NCBI GenBank assembly: GCA_041666485.1
Contig: JBAYGW010000004.1
Coordinates: forward strand, 10,341-74,340
Source: Patescibacteria group bacterium
Lineage (GTDB): Bacteria > Patescibacteriota > Patescibacteriia > UM-FILTER-42-10
Reading direction: 5' to 3'
Length of the DNA: 64,000 nucleotides
Positions 25,525 to 36,638 of the stretch are shown in pieces (position 1 is the stretch's first letter; each line of letters begins with the position of its first letter). The notes under the pieces are model-generated. The model saw only the letters and a program-made list of their open reading frames with translations. It was not told where the DNA came from and made no database searches. The translations under genes were made by a program, and so were the position numbers.

Positions 25525-26706
25525 ATGTCAAAAACAGCAAAAAATAATAGGAATTATATTTTCACATCAGAATCAGTAACCGAAGGTCATCCGGACAAGG
25601 TCTGTGATCAAATCTCCGACGCTATTCTGGATGAACTATTAAAAAAGGATAAATTTTCACATGCGGGAATTGAAACCTTTGCCACGACCGGACTAGTGAT
25701 CGTGGGCGGTGAAATTCGAACCAAAGGATATGTAGATGTGGCGGGGGTTGTAAGAAAAACCATCAAAGAAATAGGCTACGATGATCACGAAATCGGGTTT
25801 CACTGGGAAGATTGCGGAGTCATGGTGACAATTAACGAACAAAGTCCGGATATTGCCCAGGGCGTAGATGCCGGCAAGGGAAAGTTTAAAGAACAGGGTG
25901 CGGGTGACCAGGGGTTAATGTTTGGTTTCGCGACCAATGAAACTAAGGACTTTATGCCGCTGCCAATTGCACTGGCGCATAAGATAACTCATCGTCTGGC
26001 GCAGGTTAGGAAAAACAAGACACTGCCATACCTGAGACCCGACGGTAAATCAGCGGTGGCTGTGGAATATCAGAACGGCAAACCGAAAAGAATTGATACG
26101 GTGATCGTGGCAACAAGTCACAATGAAAATGTTTCATCAGCCAAAATTGAAAGAGATGTAATTAATAAAGTTATCAAGCCGGTTTGTGGTAAATATATTG
26201 ATGCTAAAACCAGATTTTTTGTAAATGCCACCGGTCGTTTTGTAAAATGCGGACCTACGGCGGACGCAGGACTTACGGGAAGAAAAATTATTGTTGATAC
26301 CTACGGCGGGCACGGCAGTCACGGCGGTGGAGCATTCTCCGGCAAAGATCCTTCAAAAGTTGACCGTTCAGCTTCTTACATGGCACGCTACATTGCAAAA
26401 AACATTGTCGCGTCCGGACTGGCGGAGAAATGTGAAGTACAGCTCGCTTATGTCATCGGCTACGCAAAACCGATCAGTGTTTTAGTGGATACTATGGGCA
26501 CTGGAAAAATATCGGAAGAAAAAATTGTGGAGCTGGTAAAGAAGAACTTCCCAATGACCCCGGCCGGTATTATCAATCATCTGAAACTTCTCAGGCCGAT
26601 CTATAAAAAGACCGCAGCCTACGGCCATTTTGGCAGAAGTGACAAGGACTTTACCTGGGAAAAAACGGATAAAGTTGCCGTACTAAAAAAAGCATTAAAA
26701 AAATAA
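25525..26706 (+). CDS. metK: S-adenosylmethionine synthetase
   Basis: [35 protein letters not shown]. Confidence 0.98.
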   Translation: MSKTAKNNRNYIFTSESVTEGHPDKVCDQISDAILDELLKKDKFSHAGIETFATTGLVIVGGEIRTKGYVDVAGVVRKTIKEIGYDDHEIGFHWEDCGVMVTINEQSPDIAQGVDAGKGKFKEQGAGDQGLMFGFATNETKDFMPLPIALAHKITHRLAQVRKNKTLPYLRPDGKSAVAVEYQNGKPKRIDTVIVATSHNENVSSAKIERDVINKVIKPVCGKYIDAKTRFFVNATGRFVKCGPTADAGLTGRKIIVDTYGGHGSHGGGAFSGKDPSKVDRSASYMARYIAKNIVASGLAEKCEVQLAYVIGYAKPISVLVDTMGTGKISEEKIVELVKKNFPMTPAGIINHLKLLRPIYKKTAAYGHFGRSDKDFTWEKTDKVAVLKKALKK

Positions 26707-26712
26707 AGTAAA

Positions 26713-27657
26713 ATGGCAAAAATTCTGGTTACAGGTGGTGCCGGATTTATTGGCTCACATCTATGTGAATACTTGTTGGATAAAGGTGATGAGGTTATTT
26801 GTATTGATAACTTTTTTACCGGCCAGAAGAAGAATATTCAGCCTCTGCTTAGTAACAAGAATTTTGAACTGATCAGGCACGATATTACCTTTCCGATTTT
26901 TTTGGAAGTGGACCAAATTTATAACCTGGCCTGTCCCGCTTCCCCGATTCACTATCAGAAGAACCCGGTCAAAACCATCAAACTTTCTACAGTAGGAATG
27001 GTGAATATGCTGGGGATGGCCAGAAGATGCAATGCGCGTATTCTGCAAGCTTCTACTTCTGAAGTATATGGTGACCCCAAAGAACATCCGCAAAAAGAGG
27101 AATACTGGGGCAATGTCAATCCGATCGGCCCGAGGAGCTGTTACGACGAGGGTAAGAGGGTATCAGAATCACTCATGTACGCCTATAAACTGCAAAATAA
27201 AGCGGATATCCGCATTGTGAGGATTTTTAACACATACGGACCGAAGATGGCTTTCAACGACGGTAGGGTTGTATCAAACTTTATTTTGCAGGCTTTGCGC
27301 GGGGAGGATATTACAATCTACGGTAAGGGGGATCAGACTAGGAGTTTCTGTTTCGTGTCAGACATGGTGAAGGGGATTGTCACTATGATGAATACGGAGA
27401 ATTTTGACGGTCCGGTAAATCTTGGCAATCCGGTGGAAAACACAATTCTGGAACTGGCGGAAAAAATTATCAAGCTAACCGGATCCAAATCTAAAATTGT
27501 GTTCAAAGATTTACCGCAGGATGATCCTGTGCGCCGGAAACCGGATATTTCATTAGCCAAACGTAGATTGAAATGGAATCCGGAAATTGGGATTGATGAG
27601 GGTTTAAATACAACGATAGATTGGTTTAAAAAAGAATTAATAAATAGTGAGAAATAA
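26713..27657 (+). CDS. UDP-glucuronate decarboxylase (UDP-xylose synthase)
   Basis: [38 protein letters not shown]. Confidence 0.92.
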   Translation: MAKILVTGGAGFIGSHLCEYLLDKGDEVICIDNFFTGQKKNIQPLLSNKNFELIRHDITFPIFLEVDQIYNLACPASPIHYQKNPVKTIKLSTVGMVNMLGMARRCNARILQASTSEVYGDPKEHPQKEEYWGNVNPIGPRSCYDEGKRVSESLMYAYKLQNKADIRIVRIFNTYGPKMAFNDGRVVSNFILQALRGEDITIYGKGDQTRSFCFVSDMVKGIVTMMNTENFDGPVNLGNPVENTILELAEKIIKLTGSKSKIVFKDLPQDDPVRRKPDISLAKRRLKWNPEIGIDEGLNTTIDWFKKELINSEK

Positions 27658-27673
27658 TTAATACGAAGAGAAT

Positions 27674-28963
27674 ATGAAAATATCAGTCATTGGGATAGGA
27701 TACGTCGGTCTGGTTACCGCCACCTGTTTTGCGGAGTTAGGTAATACCGTAACCTGCGTGGATATTGATAAAAAGAGAATTGAAAACCTTAAAAAGGGAA
27801 TTATCCCTATTTATGAGCCGGGTCTTTCCGAGCTGGTAAAGAAAAATATCAAGCAGAAAAGGATTATCTTTACCACCAGCACTAAACTGGCGGTACAAAA
27901 CGGAAAAGTGATCTTTATTGCTGTGGGAACCCCTTCAGATAAAGACGGCCAGGCAGATTTAAAATACGTAAAGCAGGTCGCCAAAGAAATCGCTTTGAAT
28001 ATGGATGGTTATCGGATTATTGTGAATAAAAGTACTGTACCGGTGGGAACAGGTGATATTGTAAGAGGAATAGTTCAGAAAAAGTATAAAGGAAACTTTA
28101 CAGTTGTTTCCAATCCGGAGTTTTTAAGAGAAGGATCAGCAATTTATGATACGATGAATCCGGACAGGGTAGTAATTGGCAATGGTGATGATAAAGCCAG
28201 AAAAATTATGGAGGAATTGTACCGCCCGTTCAAAGCTCCGATTGTGTTTACGGATGTAAAAAGCGCGGAACTGATCAAATATGCCTCCAATTCCATGTTG
28301 GCAACCCAGATTTCTTTTATCAACAGTCTGGCGAATATCTGCGAAAAAGTGGGGGCGGATGTTGATTTTGTAGCGGAAGGTATGAAACTTGATAAGCGAA
28401 TTGGTAAACATTCCTTTTTATCTGCGGGTGGCGGGTATGGAGGCAGCTGTTTCCCGAAGGACGTAAAAGCCTTGATCAAGGCTTCGGATAAATACGGTTA
28501 TGATTTTTCAATTCTGAAAGCCGTTGAAGATGTAAATGATGCTCAGAAAAGACATGTTGTTACGAAAACAAAAGCATTGATTGGAAATTTGAAAGGAAAA
28601 AAGATCGGTATTTGGGGTTTGGCCTTTAAACCACATACGGATGATATGCGGGAGTCAATTTCTATTGTAGTAATTGACAAATTATTACAGGAAGGCGTGA
28701 AAGTAAAAGCTTTTGATCCGGTGGCACAGGAAGAAGCACAAAAAATATTCAAGAATAAAATTACTTATTGTGAAGATGTCTGGGATGCAGTGAAAAATGT
28801 GGATGCGCTGATTATTCTGACCGAATGGCCGGAATTTAAAGAAATAGATTTATTCAAACTGAAGAAAATAATGGATAAGCCATATATTATGGACGCCAGA
28901 AATATCTTCACGCTGGAAGAAATGGAAGAAAAAGGATTTCACTATCTAAGCATTGGCAGATAA
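27674..28963 (+). CDS. ugd: UDP-glucose 6-dehydrogenase
   Basis: GIGYVG, KSTVP, NPEFLREG, GYGGSCFPKD, GLAFKP. Confidence 0.95.
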   Translation: MKISVIGIGYVGLVTATCFAELGNTVTCVDIDKKRIENLKKGIIPIYEPGLSELVKKNIKQKRIIFTTSTKLAVQNGKVIFIAVGTPSDKDGQADLKYVKQVAKEIALNMDGYRIIVNKSTVPVGTGDIVRGIVQKKYKGNFTVVSNPEFLREGSAIYDTMNPDRVVIGNGDDKARKIMEELYRPFKAPIVFTDVKSAELIKYASNSMLATQISFINSLANICEKVGADVDFVAEGMKLDKRIGKHSFLSAGGGYGGSCFPKDVKALIKASDKYGYDFSILKAVEDVNDAQKRHVVTKTKALIGNLKGKKIGIWGLAFKPHTDDMRESISIVVIDKLLQEGVKVKAFDPVAQEEAQKIFKNKITYCEDVWDAVKNVDALIILTEWPEFKEIDLFKLKKIMDKPYIMDARNIFTLEEMEEKGFHYLSIGR

Positions 28964-28967
28964 AAAA

Positions 28968-29918
28968 ATGCGGTTAATAGTTACAATTCCGGCTTATAAC
29001 GAGGAGGAAAACATTGAAGCGGTCATCAAGGAAATACCACGCGTGATTAATGGGATAACTGACGTGAAGGTTTTAGTTTTAGATGATGGTTCAAAGGACC
29101 GGACGGTTGAACTGGCAAAAACAGCCGGTGCGGACTATGTCATATCGCATAAACAGAATAAGGGGCTGGCCGCAACCTTTCAGGATGCTATGGCGGCTGC
29201 TTTGGAAAGAGGTGCGGATGTGGTTGTAAACACTGACGGTGACAATCACTATAATCAGTCCCGCATACCGGATTTAATCCGTCCGATTCTTGAACAAAAG
29301 GCGGATATTGTGATTGGTGACCGGGAAATAAGAAAACTGGAATACATGCCGTCCGCTAATAAATATCTGAACCTAATCGGCAGTTACTGCGTTTCCCGTC
29401 TGATTGGCGTGAAAAAAACGCTGGATGTCTCATCCGGATTCCGTGCGTACACCAAAGAGGCGGTAATGAGAATTTCCATTCTTTCCAGACACACCTATAC
29501 CCATGAAACACTAATCCAGGCATTGGATCACAATTTAATTGTAACATCCGTTCCGATAAAAGCCCGCAAGGTAACAAGAAAGTCCAGGTTAATCACAAGC
29601 ATACCAAAACACCTGGCCCGATCCATTCTTGTAATATTACGGGTATTCACAGTATATAAACCATTGAGGGTGTTATCATTTATCGGGTCATTGATTATAA
29701 TTCCTGGGTTAGTCCTTGTAATCCGGTTTTTGTATTATTATATTCTTGATATTAGAGGTGGAGACGGCCACATTCAATCATTAATAATAGCCGCAATATT
29801 TATACTGGTAGGATTTCAGGTATTTGTATTAGGCTTGATAGCATCAGCGATCGGCTGGAACAGAAAAACGCTGGAAGAGATTTTATACCGCAGTAAAAAA
29901 GATAACCTGCAAAAATGA
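28968..29918 (+). CDS. GT2 glycosyltransferase with two C-terminal TMs
   Basis: IPAYNEE, DDGSKD, DGDNHY, SGFRAY. Confidence 0.9.
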   Translation: MRLIVTIPAYNEEENIEAVIKEIPRVINGITDVKVLVLDDGSKDRTVELAKTAGADYVISHKQNKGLAATFQDAMAAALERGADVVVNTDGDNHYNQSRIPDLIRPILEQKADIVIGDREIRKLEYMPSANKYLNLIGSYCVSRLIGVKKTLDVSSGFRAYTKEAVMRISILSRHTYTHETLIQALDHNLIVTSVPIKARKVTRKSRLITSIPKHLARSILVILRVFTVYKPLRVLSFIGSLIIIPGLVLVIRFLYYYILDIRGGDGHIQSLIIAAIFILVGFQVFVLGLIASAIGWNRKTLEEILYRSKKDNLQK

Positions 29919-30982
29919 AAGTACTGTTTATAACCAGAAAGTATCCTCCGCAAGTCGGCGGGATGGAGAATTACAGCTACGGCCTGATTAATAATATTAA
30001 TTGTCAGAAATACATAATTGCACTGAAACACAAACAGGCGCACCTGGTTTGGTTCTTGCCCTATGCGTTTTTAAAAAGTTTGGTGCTTTTTTGGCGCGTG
30101 GATGTGATTTATCTGTGTGATGCATTACTTGTACCTTTGGGGTATCTCTTGAAGCTAATAACAAGAAAGCCGGTTTTTGTCACAGCACACGGGCTTGATG
30201 TGACATATAGCAGATTCAGATATCAAAAATTAGTGGCACCATTTCTGAAAAAAATGGACCGGGTATTTGCGGTCAGTCAGAATACGGTAGAGGAATGTGT
30301 GAAACGCGGAGTAAAAAGAAAGAAATGCAAATTTGTGCCGAATGGAGTAGCTGTCCCGGCCAATGAAAATGAATTTCAAAGAAATGATTTGGAAAAATTC
30401 ATTGACCTGTCGCTGGATAACAGAAAAGTATTATTATCACTGGGCAGGTTGATTCCGAGAAAAGGCGTGGAATGGTTTATTAGTGAAGTTTTTGAAAAAC
30501 TGCCTTCGGAAGTTATTTACATTGTAGTCGGTGAAGGGGCAAACAGGGAGGAGATAGAACATTCCGTCCATGAACGGGGTTTGGGCAACCGCGTGTTTAT
30601 CGTCGGCAGGGTTGGCGACAGGGAACGTGAAATGTTATTTCAAACAGCGGATATATTTGTCATGCCTAATATTCGGGTAGAGGGCGATGTTGAGGGATTC
30701 GGGATTGTGGCGATAGAGGCTGCAATCCAGGGCCTGCCGGTTGTAGCATCCAATATTGAAGGGATTAATGACGCGATTATTGAAGGTCATAACGGTTTTC
30801 TTGTGGAATCGGGTAATGCCCAGGCGTTTGAAGATAAAATAAGGGATATTCTAGATAACGTAAATCTTAATGAACTTTCTGAACAGGTTTCAGAATATAC
30901 CAAGCAGAATTACAGTTGGGAACATGTCAGTGATCTGTATTTGAAGGAATTTATGCGGATTCAGAAGGATCCCAACGCGTAG
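29915..30982 (+). CDS. GT4 glycosyltransferase
   Basis: YPPQVGG, GRLIPRKG, EGFGIVAIEA. Confidence 0.92.
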   Translation: MKVLFITRKYPPQVGGMENYSYGLINNINCQKYIIALKHKQAHLVWFLPYAFLKSLVLFWRVDVIYLCDALLVPLGYLLKLITRKPVFVTAHGLDVTYSRFRYQKLVAPFLKKMDRVFAVSQNTVEECVKRGVKRKKCKFVPNGVAVPANENEFQRNDLEKFIDLSLDNRKVLLSLGRLIPRKGVEWFISEVFEKLPSEVIYIVVGEGANREEIEHSVHERGLGNRVFIVGRVGDREREMLFQTADIFVMPNIRVEGDVEGFGIVAIEAAIQGLPVVASNIEGINDAIIEGHNGFLVESGNAQAFEDKIRDILDNVNLNELSEQVSEYTKQNYSWEHVSDLYLKEFMRIQKDPNA

Positions 30983-31029
30983 CAGTAATTATTTGTATCT
31001 GTGTAAATATTTAATATTGAAAATAGTTA

Positions 31030-31890
31030 ATGCATCATAAACTGTATATTATAATTGTCACCTGGAATGGAGAGCAATACATTTATGATTGCTTGAATTC
31101 AGTTTACAATCAATCTGAAGCTGATTTTGGCGTGATTGTGGTGGATAACGGCTCAAATGACCGGACCAGGGAGATTATTAAAGAACAGTTTAAAGATGTT
31201 ATATTGATTGAAAACGGAACGAATCTCGGTTTTGCAGGCGGAAATAACATCGGGATCAGAAAAGCGCTTTCTCTTGGTGCTGAATATGTAGCTTTATTGA
31301 ATCAGGATACTGAAGTACCCAATATTTTTGTAAGCAATTGCGTTGCATATTTACAAGCGAATAGCAATATTGGTCTGGCGTCACCAATAGTTTTATATCC
31401 AAAAGATAATAGAATATGGTTTGCCGGATCCAGAATTTTCAGAGGCAGGGAAATATTGACTCATCCGACAACTAAAATAGGCGAGCATATTAATAAGAAA
31501 ATGTTACTGGATGGAAAAACAGATAAGTACACTGCTGATTGGCTTTCCGGCTGCGCGCTTTTTATCAAAAAAGAAGTATTCAGTAAAATAGGTTTCATTG
31601 ATGAAAAATTTTTTATGTATGGTGAAGATGTAGACTTTAGTCTTCGTGCTGTCAGGGCGGGCTATGATCTAGGTATTGTAAGTAATACCAAAATCATCCA
31701 TAAAGAAGAATTGAATAAGAAATTAATAATAAATTCCCGTTTAGTCAAAAAAGCAATCTATATGATCAAAGCCAGATGGACGATTGTTTATCGCTATTAT
31801 GGTTTTAAAGAAAAGTGCTATTATATAATTAAGCTTGTGTATACGCCTTTTTTTCAATTAATATATGCGGTTAGAAAAATTATTTCTTAA
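31030..31890 (+). CDS. GT2 glycosyltransferase (rhamnosyltransferase-like)
   Basis: VDNGSND, NLGFAGGNN, LLNQD, FFMYGEDVD. Confidence 0.9.
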   Translation: MHHKLYIIIVTWNGEQYIYDCLNSVYNQSEADFGVIVVDNGSNDRTREIIKEQFKDVILIENGTNLGFAGGNNIGIRKALSLGAEYVALLNQDTEVPNIFVSNCVAYLQANSNIGLASPIVLYPKDNRIWFAGSRIFRGREILTHPTTKIGEHINKKMLLDGKTDKYTADWLSGCALFIKKEVFSKIGFIDEKFFMYGEDVDFSLRAVRAGYDLGIVSNTKIIHKEELNKKLIINSRLVKKAIYMIKARWTIVYRYYGFKEKCYYIIKLVYTPFFQLIYAVRKIIS

Positions 31891-34045
31891 AGTCAGTATC
31901 CTATTTACTGTATATTTATCCTCCATCTTATTTCTGGCTGTTTTTGGCTATTTTGCCAAACTTCCCGTAGTCGTGTTAACAGTACTCTTTTTAGTTGTTT
32001 GCCTTTATTTTGCGATTGATATTATTAAGCGAGCTGAGAAGGGAAGAATTAATTCAATCGCCATTGTTTCATTTGTCATTATTGCCGTATTTTGTTTTGT
32101 TATCGGATATTTTCACCATGATTTGCCGACAGGGAGGGATGATTTTAGTTATATATATGCGGCTGATCGATTATCGGTATCAGGTTCACTGGAATGGAAT
32201 GATTATTTCACGCGCCCGGTTCATGGGGTAAGAAATTTGGGAGGGGATACATTCACTTCACAATTTTTACCGTCTTATACAACTTACCTTGCAGTGTACA
32301 ATTTGTTCGGCGGATTGGAAGCATTAATGTGGGCAAACGTTTTATTGTTTCTGCTAACGTTGGGAGTATTTTATTTTTTGATAAAAAATCTGGCGGGCAG
32401 AAAAGCATCTTTAATCGGAATAATACTGATGTTATCGTCCTATGTATTTTTCTGGTTTCCCAAACGGACTAACTCCGAAAACATTTCTATGTTTCTAATC
32501 TGGCTTGGTATATGGCTAATGATCTTGGCATTAAAGAACAAAAAAACCGGATACCTTTTGCTTGGCCTGATTCCATATTCTCTACTGCTTTTAACCAGAC
32601 CGGAGGGGGTGATATTTTTTGCAGTTTACTGCACTGTTACCTTATTCCTGATATTTAGCAAGTATAACAATATGATATTTAGGGATAGGTTAACAAACAT
32701 TGCTGGATTATTCAGCACTATTTTTAATCTGATAATCTTCTATTTTTATATTTCCAGATATGAAGCTAACTACATACTAACTCAGGCCATTGATGTTTTT
32801 GAGGGATTTGATTTTGTATATAAAAACATTAGTATCCTATTATTGTTTATACTGATGTTAGTAGTATTGATAGCATCGGCAATTAAGCTCAGAAAGAAAA
32901 TTGATTTTCAGCGGTTGATATTTTGGACTACAATCGTCCTGATTGTAATTTTTGAAGCAGTCTTTTTATATTCGGTCAGCGTCGGGGATTTGAAGTGGAT
33001 AGTTTATCGTACGCAATACGTCCTAGAAAATTTTGTGTTTTATTTTTATTTTCTTTATATTTTTATAATATTACTTGGACTAAAAAAGAAAGTATTTACA
33101 CAAAATGAGTTTTTAATGACCGTGATTTTGCTTCCCGCCTTTTTCTTCATAATTGAACCGAATATCGCACTGGACCAGCCGTGGTTTATGAGAAGATTTT
33201 TTCCGACATTAATACCTCTTTTTATCATACTGTCAGCAGTTGCATTATCACGATTAAGTCTCACTGGCAGAAAATTGAAATACGTTGTTTTTTCTTTGGT
33301 GCTTATCGGTATAGTTACGACCAGATCAATTTTCTTCTTTGTGGAAAATGACGGAATTTTAAGTCAGGTAGAATCTTTTAATAAAATATTTCCAAAAGAA
33401 TCACTGGTGGTAATGAATCCCGGATGGGATTGGCAAAAAATAGCAGTGATCCAGCACTATTTTTATGATATTGATGCTTTGCCGAATATTGATTTATATC
33501 GGGTTGAAGAATTCAAAAAGGATTTACCTGAATTGCTATCACAATACCCGAATTGGGAGCAGAGTGATGCAGATTTGATTTCAATAATGAACTGGGACGA
33601 TGACCGGGCGGAGCAGGAATTTATCCAGCTACTTGGTAATTATAAAGAGGTGTATATTGTAACAGATGAACCAAATTCAAACTTTTTTAAAGGGTTCAGG
33701 GATGATAATCTGGAATATGTGGATACATATACATTCAAATATGATGAACTAAATATGGAATCAAATTTGACCGGGTATATTCAGCAGACAGAAATAATTG
33801 ATATAAAAAAAGTGCGCAGCATGCAAAACAATATTCCTCCAAATACAATAAATTCCATAGAAACTGAGTTATACGTATACAAGGTTAAGGATATTAAGTC
33901 ATACATCCCACTACAATACGTTTTTGAGATAACTGATGGTTTAGATAAAGGATATAATTATATTGTATTAAAACCAGCAGATCTCGCGGCATACAAAAAA
34001 GAACTACAAAGCGTTGTAAGAAATATAGGACTTGGACTGGATTAA
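31865..34045 (+). CDS. Polytopic membrane protein, probable GT-C glycosyltransferase
   Basis: More than 12 TMs; GRDDFSY loop, NSEN, TRPEG, RRFFP. Confidence 0.65.
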   Translation: MRLEKLFLKVSILFTVYLSSILFLAVFGYFAKLPVVVLTVLFLVVCLYFAIDIIKRAEKGRINSIAIVSFVIIAVFCFVIGYFHHDLPTGRDDFSYIYAADRLSVSGSLEWNDYFTRPVHGVRNLGGDTFTSQFLPSYTTYLAVYNLFGGLEALMWANVLLFLLTLGVFYFLIKNLAGRKASLIGIILMLSSYVFFWFPKRTNSENISMFLIWLGIWLMILALKNKKTGYLLLGLIPYSLLLLTRPEGVIFFAVYCTVTLFLIFSKYNNMIFRDRLTNIAGLFSTIFNLIIFYFYISRYEANYILTQAIDVFEGFDFVYKNISILLLFILMLVVLIASAIKLRKKIDFQRLIFWTTIVLIVIFEAVFLYSVSVGDLKWIVYRTQYVLENFVFYFYFLYIFIILLGLKKKVFTQNEFLMTVILLPAFFFIIEPNIALDQPWFMRRFFPTLIPLFIILSAVALSRLSLTGRKLKYVVFSLVLIGIVTTRSIFFFVENDGILSQVESFNKIFPKESLVVMNPGWDWQKIAVIQHYFYDIDALPNIDLYRVEEFKKDLPELLSQYPNWEQSDADLISIMNWDDDRAEQEFIQLLGNYKEVYIVTDEPNSNFFKGFRDDNLEYVDTYTFKYDELNMESNLTGYIQQTEIIDIKKVRSMQNNIPPNTINSIETELYVYKVKDIKSYIPLQYVFEITDGLDKGYNYIVLKPADLAAYKKELQSVVRNIGLGLD

Positions 34046-34056
34046 TTTAGGACTGG

Positions 34057-34908
34057 CTAACGGATAAATCGGATATATTTTTTTTCAATATCACGGTTTT
34101 TATATACTTTTCCGAAAAAGTACATTTCTTTTAGTATAAGAAATATTGTATAAAAAATTACCAGCAATATTGATAGGGGATACATTTCCCATGTTGTGTA
34201 GCTAAAAATCAGCAAATCGGCAATTACCGTCAGCGTAATGATATTCATTGATGTCGGATACTCTGAGATATCCTTTGCTATTGCTTCAATAATATTTGAA
34301 AGTGATTTTTTCCTAGCCGGCATGTCCGGTAATGATTGGGTATTCTGTTCTCCAATATGCAATTCCTCATCCTGTGCCATGTTCTCAAATTGATATTTAG
34401 GATTGTCCCGTCTTTCCAACATATAAAATAATGTGGAAAGCATTCCTTTTTTTACCGGATCACCTGAGACAATTACCAAAACAAGTCCGACGTAAAGTAT
34501 CCAAATTTCATTCACTAGATTATATGAGAATATTACCAAACCGAGAAAAATAAATGGTATGACAATTGAGTGGTTAAGAGAGTCCAGGAATATACCGTTT
34601 ACCGATGATTTCTTCCGGTACCGCGCGATTTCCCCATCCACACAATCAAATACATAACCCAATTGAATCAAAAGCAGTGCCAAAAGTGACCATTGATATC
34701 CGCCAAAAGCAAGCAGTACCGCGCCGGCAATTCCCAGCACCATCTGGATCAATGTTGCCTGATTAGCGGTCAGGGGAGTGTGTAATAATATCCAGGTAAA
34801 ATAAATAGAAATCTTTCTGATGATGTATTTTGCATACCAAACTGTTTCTTTTTTGGGATCGGGTTGTATAGTTGCCTTTAATTCCTTAATTGATGGTAGT
34901 TTCTCCAT
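34057..34908 (-). CDS. CDP-alcohol phosphotransferase
   Basis: TANQAT; DCVDGEIARYRKKSSVNGIFLD matches DxxDGxxAR...GxxxD. Confidence 0.9.
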   Translation of the reverse strand: MEKLPSIKELKATIQPDPKKETVWYAKYIIRKISIYFTWILLHTPLTANQATLIQMVLGIAGAVLLAFGGYQWSLLALLLIQLGYVFDCVDGEIARYRKKSSVNGIFLDSLNHSIVIPFIFLGLVIFSYNLVNEIWILYVGLVLVIVSGDPVKKGMLSTLFYMLERRDNPKYQFENMAQDEELHIGEQNTQSLPDMPARKKSLSNIIEAIAKDISEYPTSMNIITLTVIADLLIFSYTTWEMYPLSILLVIFYTIFLILKEMYFFGKVYKNRDIEKKYIRFIR

Positions 34909-34909
34909 G

Positions 34910-35611
34910 CTAAATTTCTCCATTATTAGTATTGGATTCATTAATATATTTCTGGACTTCAAGTAGATCCTGTTCAAAATCAATTTCTTTGCAGTAATAA
35001 TTGCCGATATTGACAGCCTTAAGGTCTAATTTTCCAGATAAGGTAAGATTCTCCAAAGCCTTTTCAAAATAATCCTTTTGTCCGACGTTGCGCAGTTCAC
35101 TGACAAAATTATGCAGATCTTTTTGTTTGATTAAATTTATTCCAACTGCTTCACCAATTCCATCCGTTACTTCCTTTGACAGCTCTTTAATAAATCCTTG
35201 ATCATTTTGTTTATATTTAATTTCTTCATCACCACATTTCTTAGTATCCACTAAGCAGGCAGATGTATCTGAATTTACCAGCAGATCTAAAATTGCCGAA
35301 TCAAAATACACATCACCGTTCAACCAGATGACGTCATCATTTATTTTTTCAAGGGCGGTCAGCAAACTTTTAGCGGTGTTGGTATGGGCATATGCATCAT
35401 TATAAACAAATATCCCTTCTGGATGCGCTTCCATGATTATTTCTTTTTTGTATCCCACCACGATAAAAATATTATCCAACCCTTCAACTTTAGACAGTTT
35501 GGCTATCTGGGAATCTAAAATCGTTTTTTCGTTTTTTAAACTCGTCAGTGGCTTCGGTATTAACGTGCCAAATCTGGTTCCCATTCCTGCCGCCAAAATT
35601 ACCGCTTTCAT
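34910..35611 (-). CDS. LicC/IPCT-like CTP:alcohol-phosphate cytidylyltransferase
   Basis: ILAAGMGTRF..PKPL, VVGYKKE, NGDV, EIDFEQDL. Confidence 0.85.
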   Translation of the reverse strand: MKAVILAAGMGTRFGTLIPKPLTSLKNEKTILDSQIAKLSKVEGLDNIFIVVGYKKEIIMEAHPEGIFVYNDAYAHTNTAKSLLTALEKINDDVIWLNGDVYFDSAILDLLVNSDTSACLVDTKKCGDEEIKYKQNDQGFIKELSKEVTDGIGEAVGINLIKQKDLHNFVSELRNVGQKDYFEKALENLTLSGKLDLKAVNIGNYYCKEIDFEQDLLEVQKYINESNTNNGEI

Positions 35612-35624
35612 TATTTTATATTTA

Positions 35625-36638
35625 TTATTTAAATATTATATCCCTTATTGCTTCAACTTTGATATTCTTTTTCACAATCAATGCGTGAAGAAATTTCAGC
35701 AGTGGGTAGTCATTTAGGGGAACAATCTTATTCAGAATTGAAATTGTGTTAATTCCTTCAACAGTTTTCCCCATTTTTTTCATGCGTAGGATTGCTTTGT
35801 CGGGCGTTATCCCTTTGCCTAATAGTATACCAAATTCCCTGTTTCTAGTAGACCCCGTACAACTCATCCAAAGATCGTTGCTCCAAGCCTGACTTTTCAT
35901 GCTAAATGTGGCTTTTTTGCCCCCTAAATGGCCCGTAACGATGTTTTCCAGCTCATCTGCGATAACTGTAATAATATGCGTTTCCGAACCGTAAGAGAAG
36001 CCCATTCCTTTGATTATTCCGGCTAGGATTGAAACTACATTTTTAAAGGCCGAAGCATATTCAACGCCTGAAAGATCGGTACTGGGGTATACGCGGAGGT
36101 TTGTTGATTCAAATATTTTTACCAGCTTGTTTAATGTCTTTTGATCACTGGAGGCCATCGTGGCGCCAAGCGGTTCGTGGCGGAATAAATCCGCCGCAAT
36201 GGTTCCGCCGGCAAACAGGGCGTATTTATAATTTTTACCCTTTAATTCTTGCTTAATGATTTCCGAGAGCCTGCTGCCTGTTTGATAATCAAGTGCTTTT
36301 GATGTGTTTACAATAATGATATTGTCTGGCAGAAATAGCCTAATTTTTTTAATTACTTCTCTGGTGGCATAAGACGGGGCGGCAAGAATAAGTATGTCAC
36401 AATCGCTCAATAATTCTTTGATGCTGTTTGCAAAAATTACATCCTTTGAAACTTTATATTCCTGATATAGCGTAAGATGCGTGCGCTCTCTTTTTAAATT
36501 TTCAATTAATTTTTTGTTTCGGTCAAACCCATAAATTAATAAGTCAGTTCTCTTTCTGTCAAAATGTTTTAAAAACGCATAGCCGAAGTTTCCCAAGCCG
36601 TAAATCGCAATCTTTATTTTTTTAGTGTCATTACTCAT
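35625..36638 (-). CDS. gpsA: NAD(P)H-dependent glycerol-3-phosphate dehydrogenase-like
   Basis: GLGNFG, SKAL, GVEYASAFKNV, DLWMSC..STRNREFG, TVEG. Confidence 0.75.
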   Translation of the reverse strand: MSNDTKKIKIAIYGLGNFGYAFLKHFDRKRTDLLIYGFDRNKKLIENLKRERTHLTLYQEYKVSKDVIFANSIKELLSDCDILILAAPSYATREVIKKIRLFLPDNIIIVNTSKALDYQTGSRLSEIIKQELKGKNYKYALFAGGTIAADLFRHEPLGATMASSDQKTLNKLVKIFESTNLRVYPSTDLSGVEYASAFKNVVSILAGIIKGMGFSYGSETHIITVIADELENIVTGHLGGKKATFSMKSQAWSNDLWMSCTGSTRNREFGILLGKGITPDKAILRMKKMGKTVEGINTISILNKIVPLNDYPLLKFLHALIVKKNIKVEAIRDIIFK

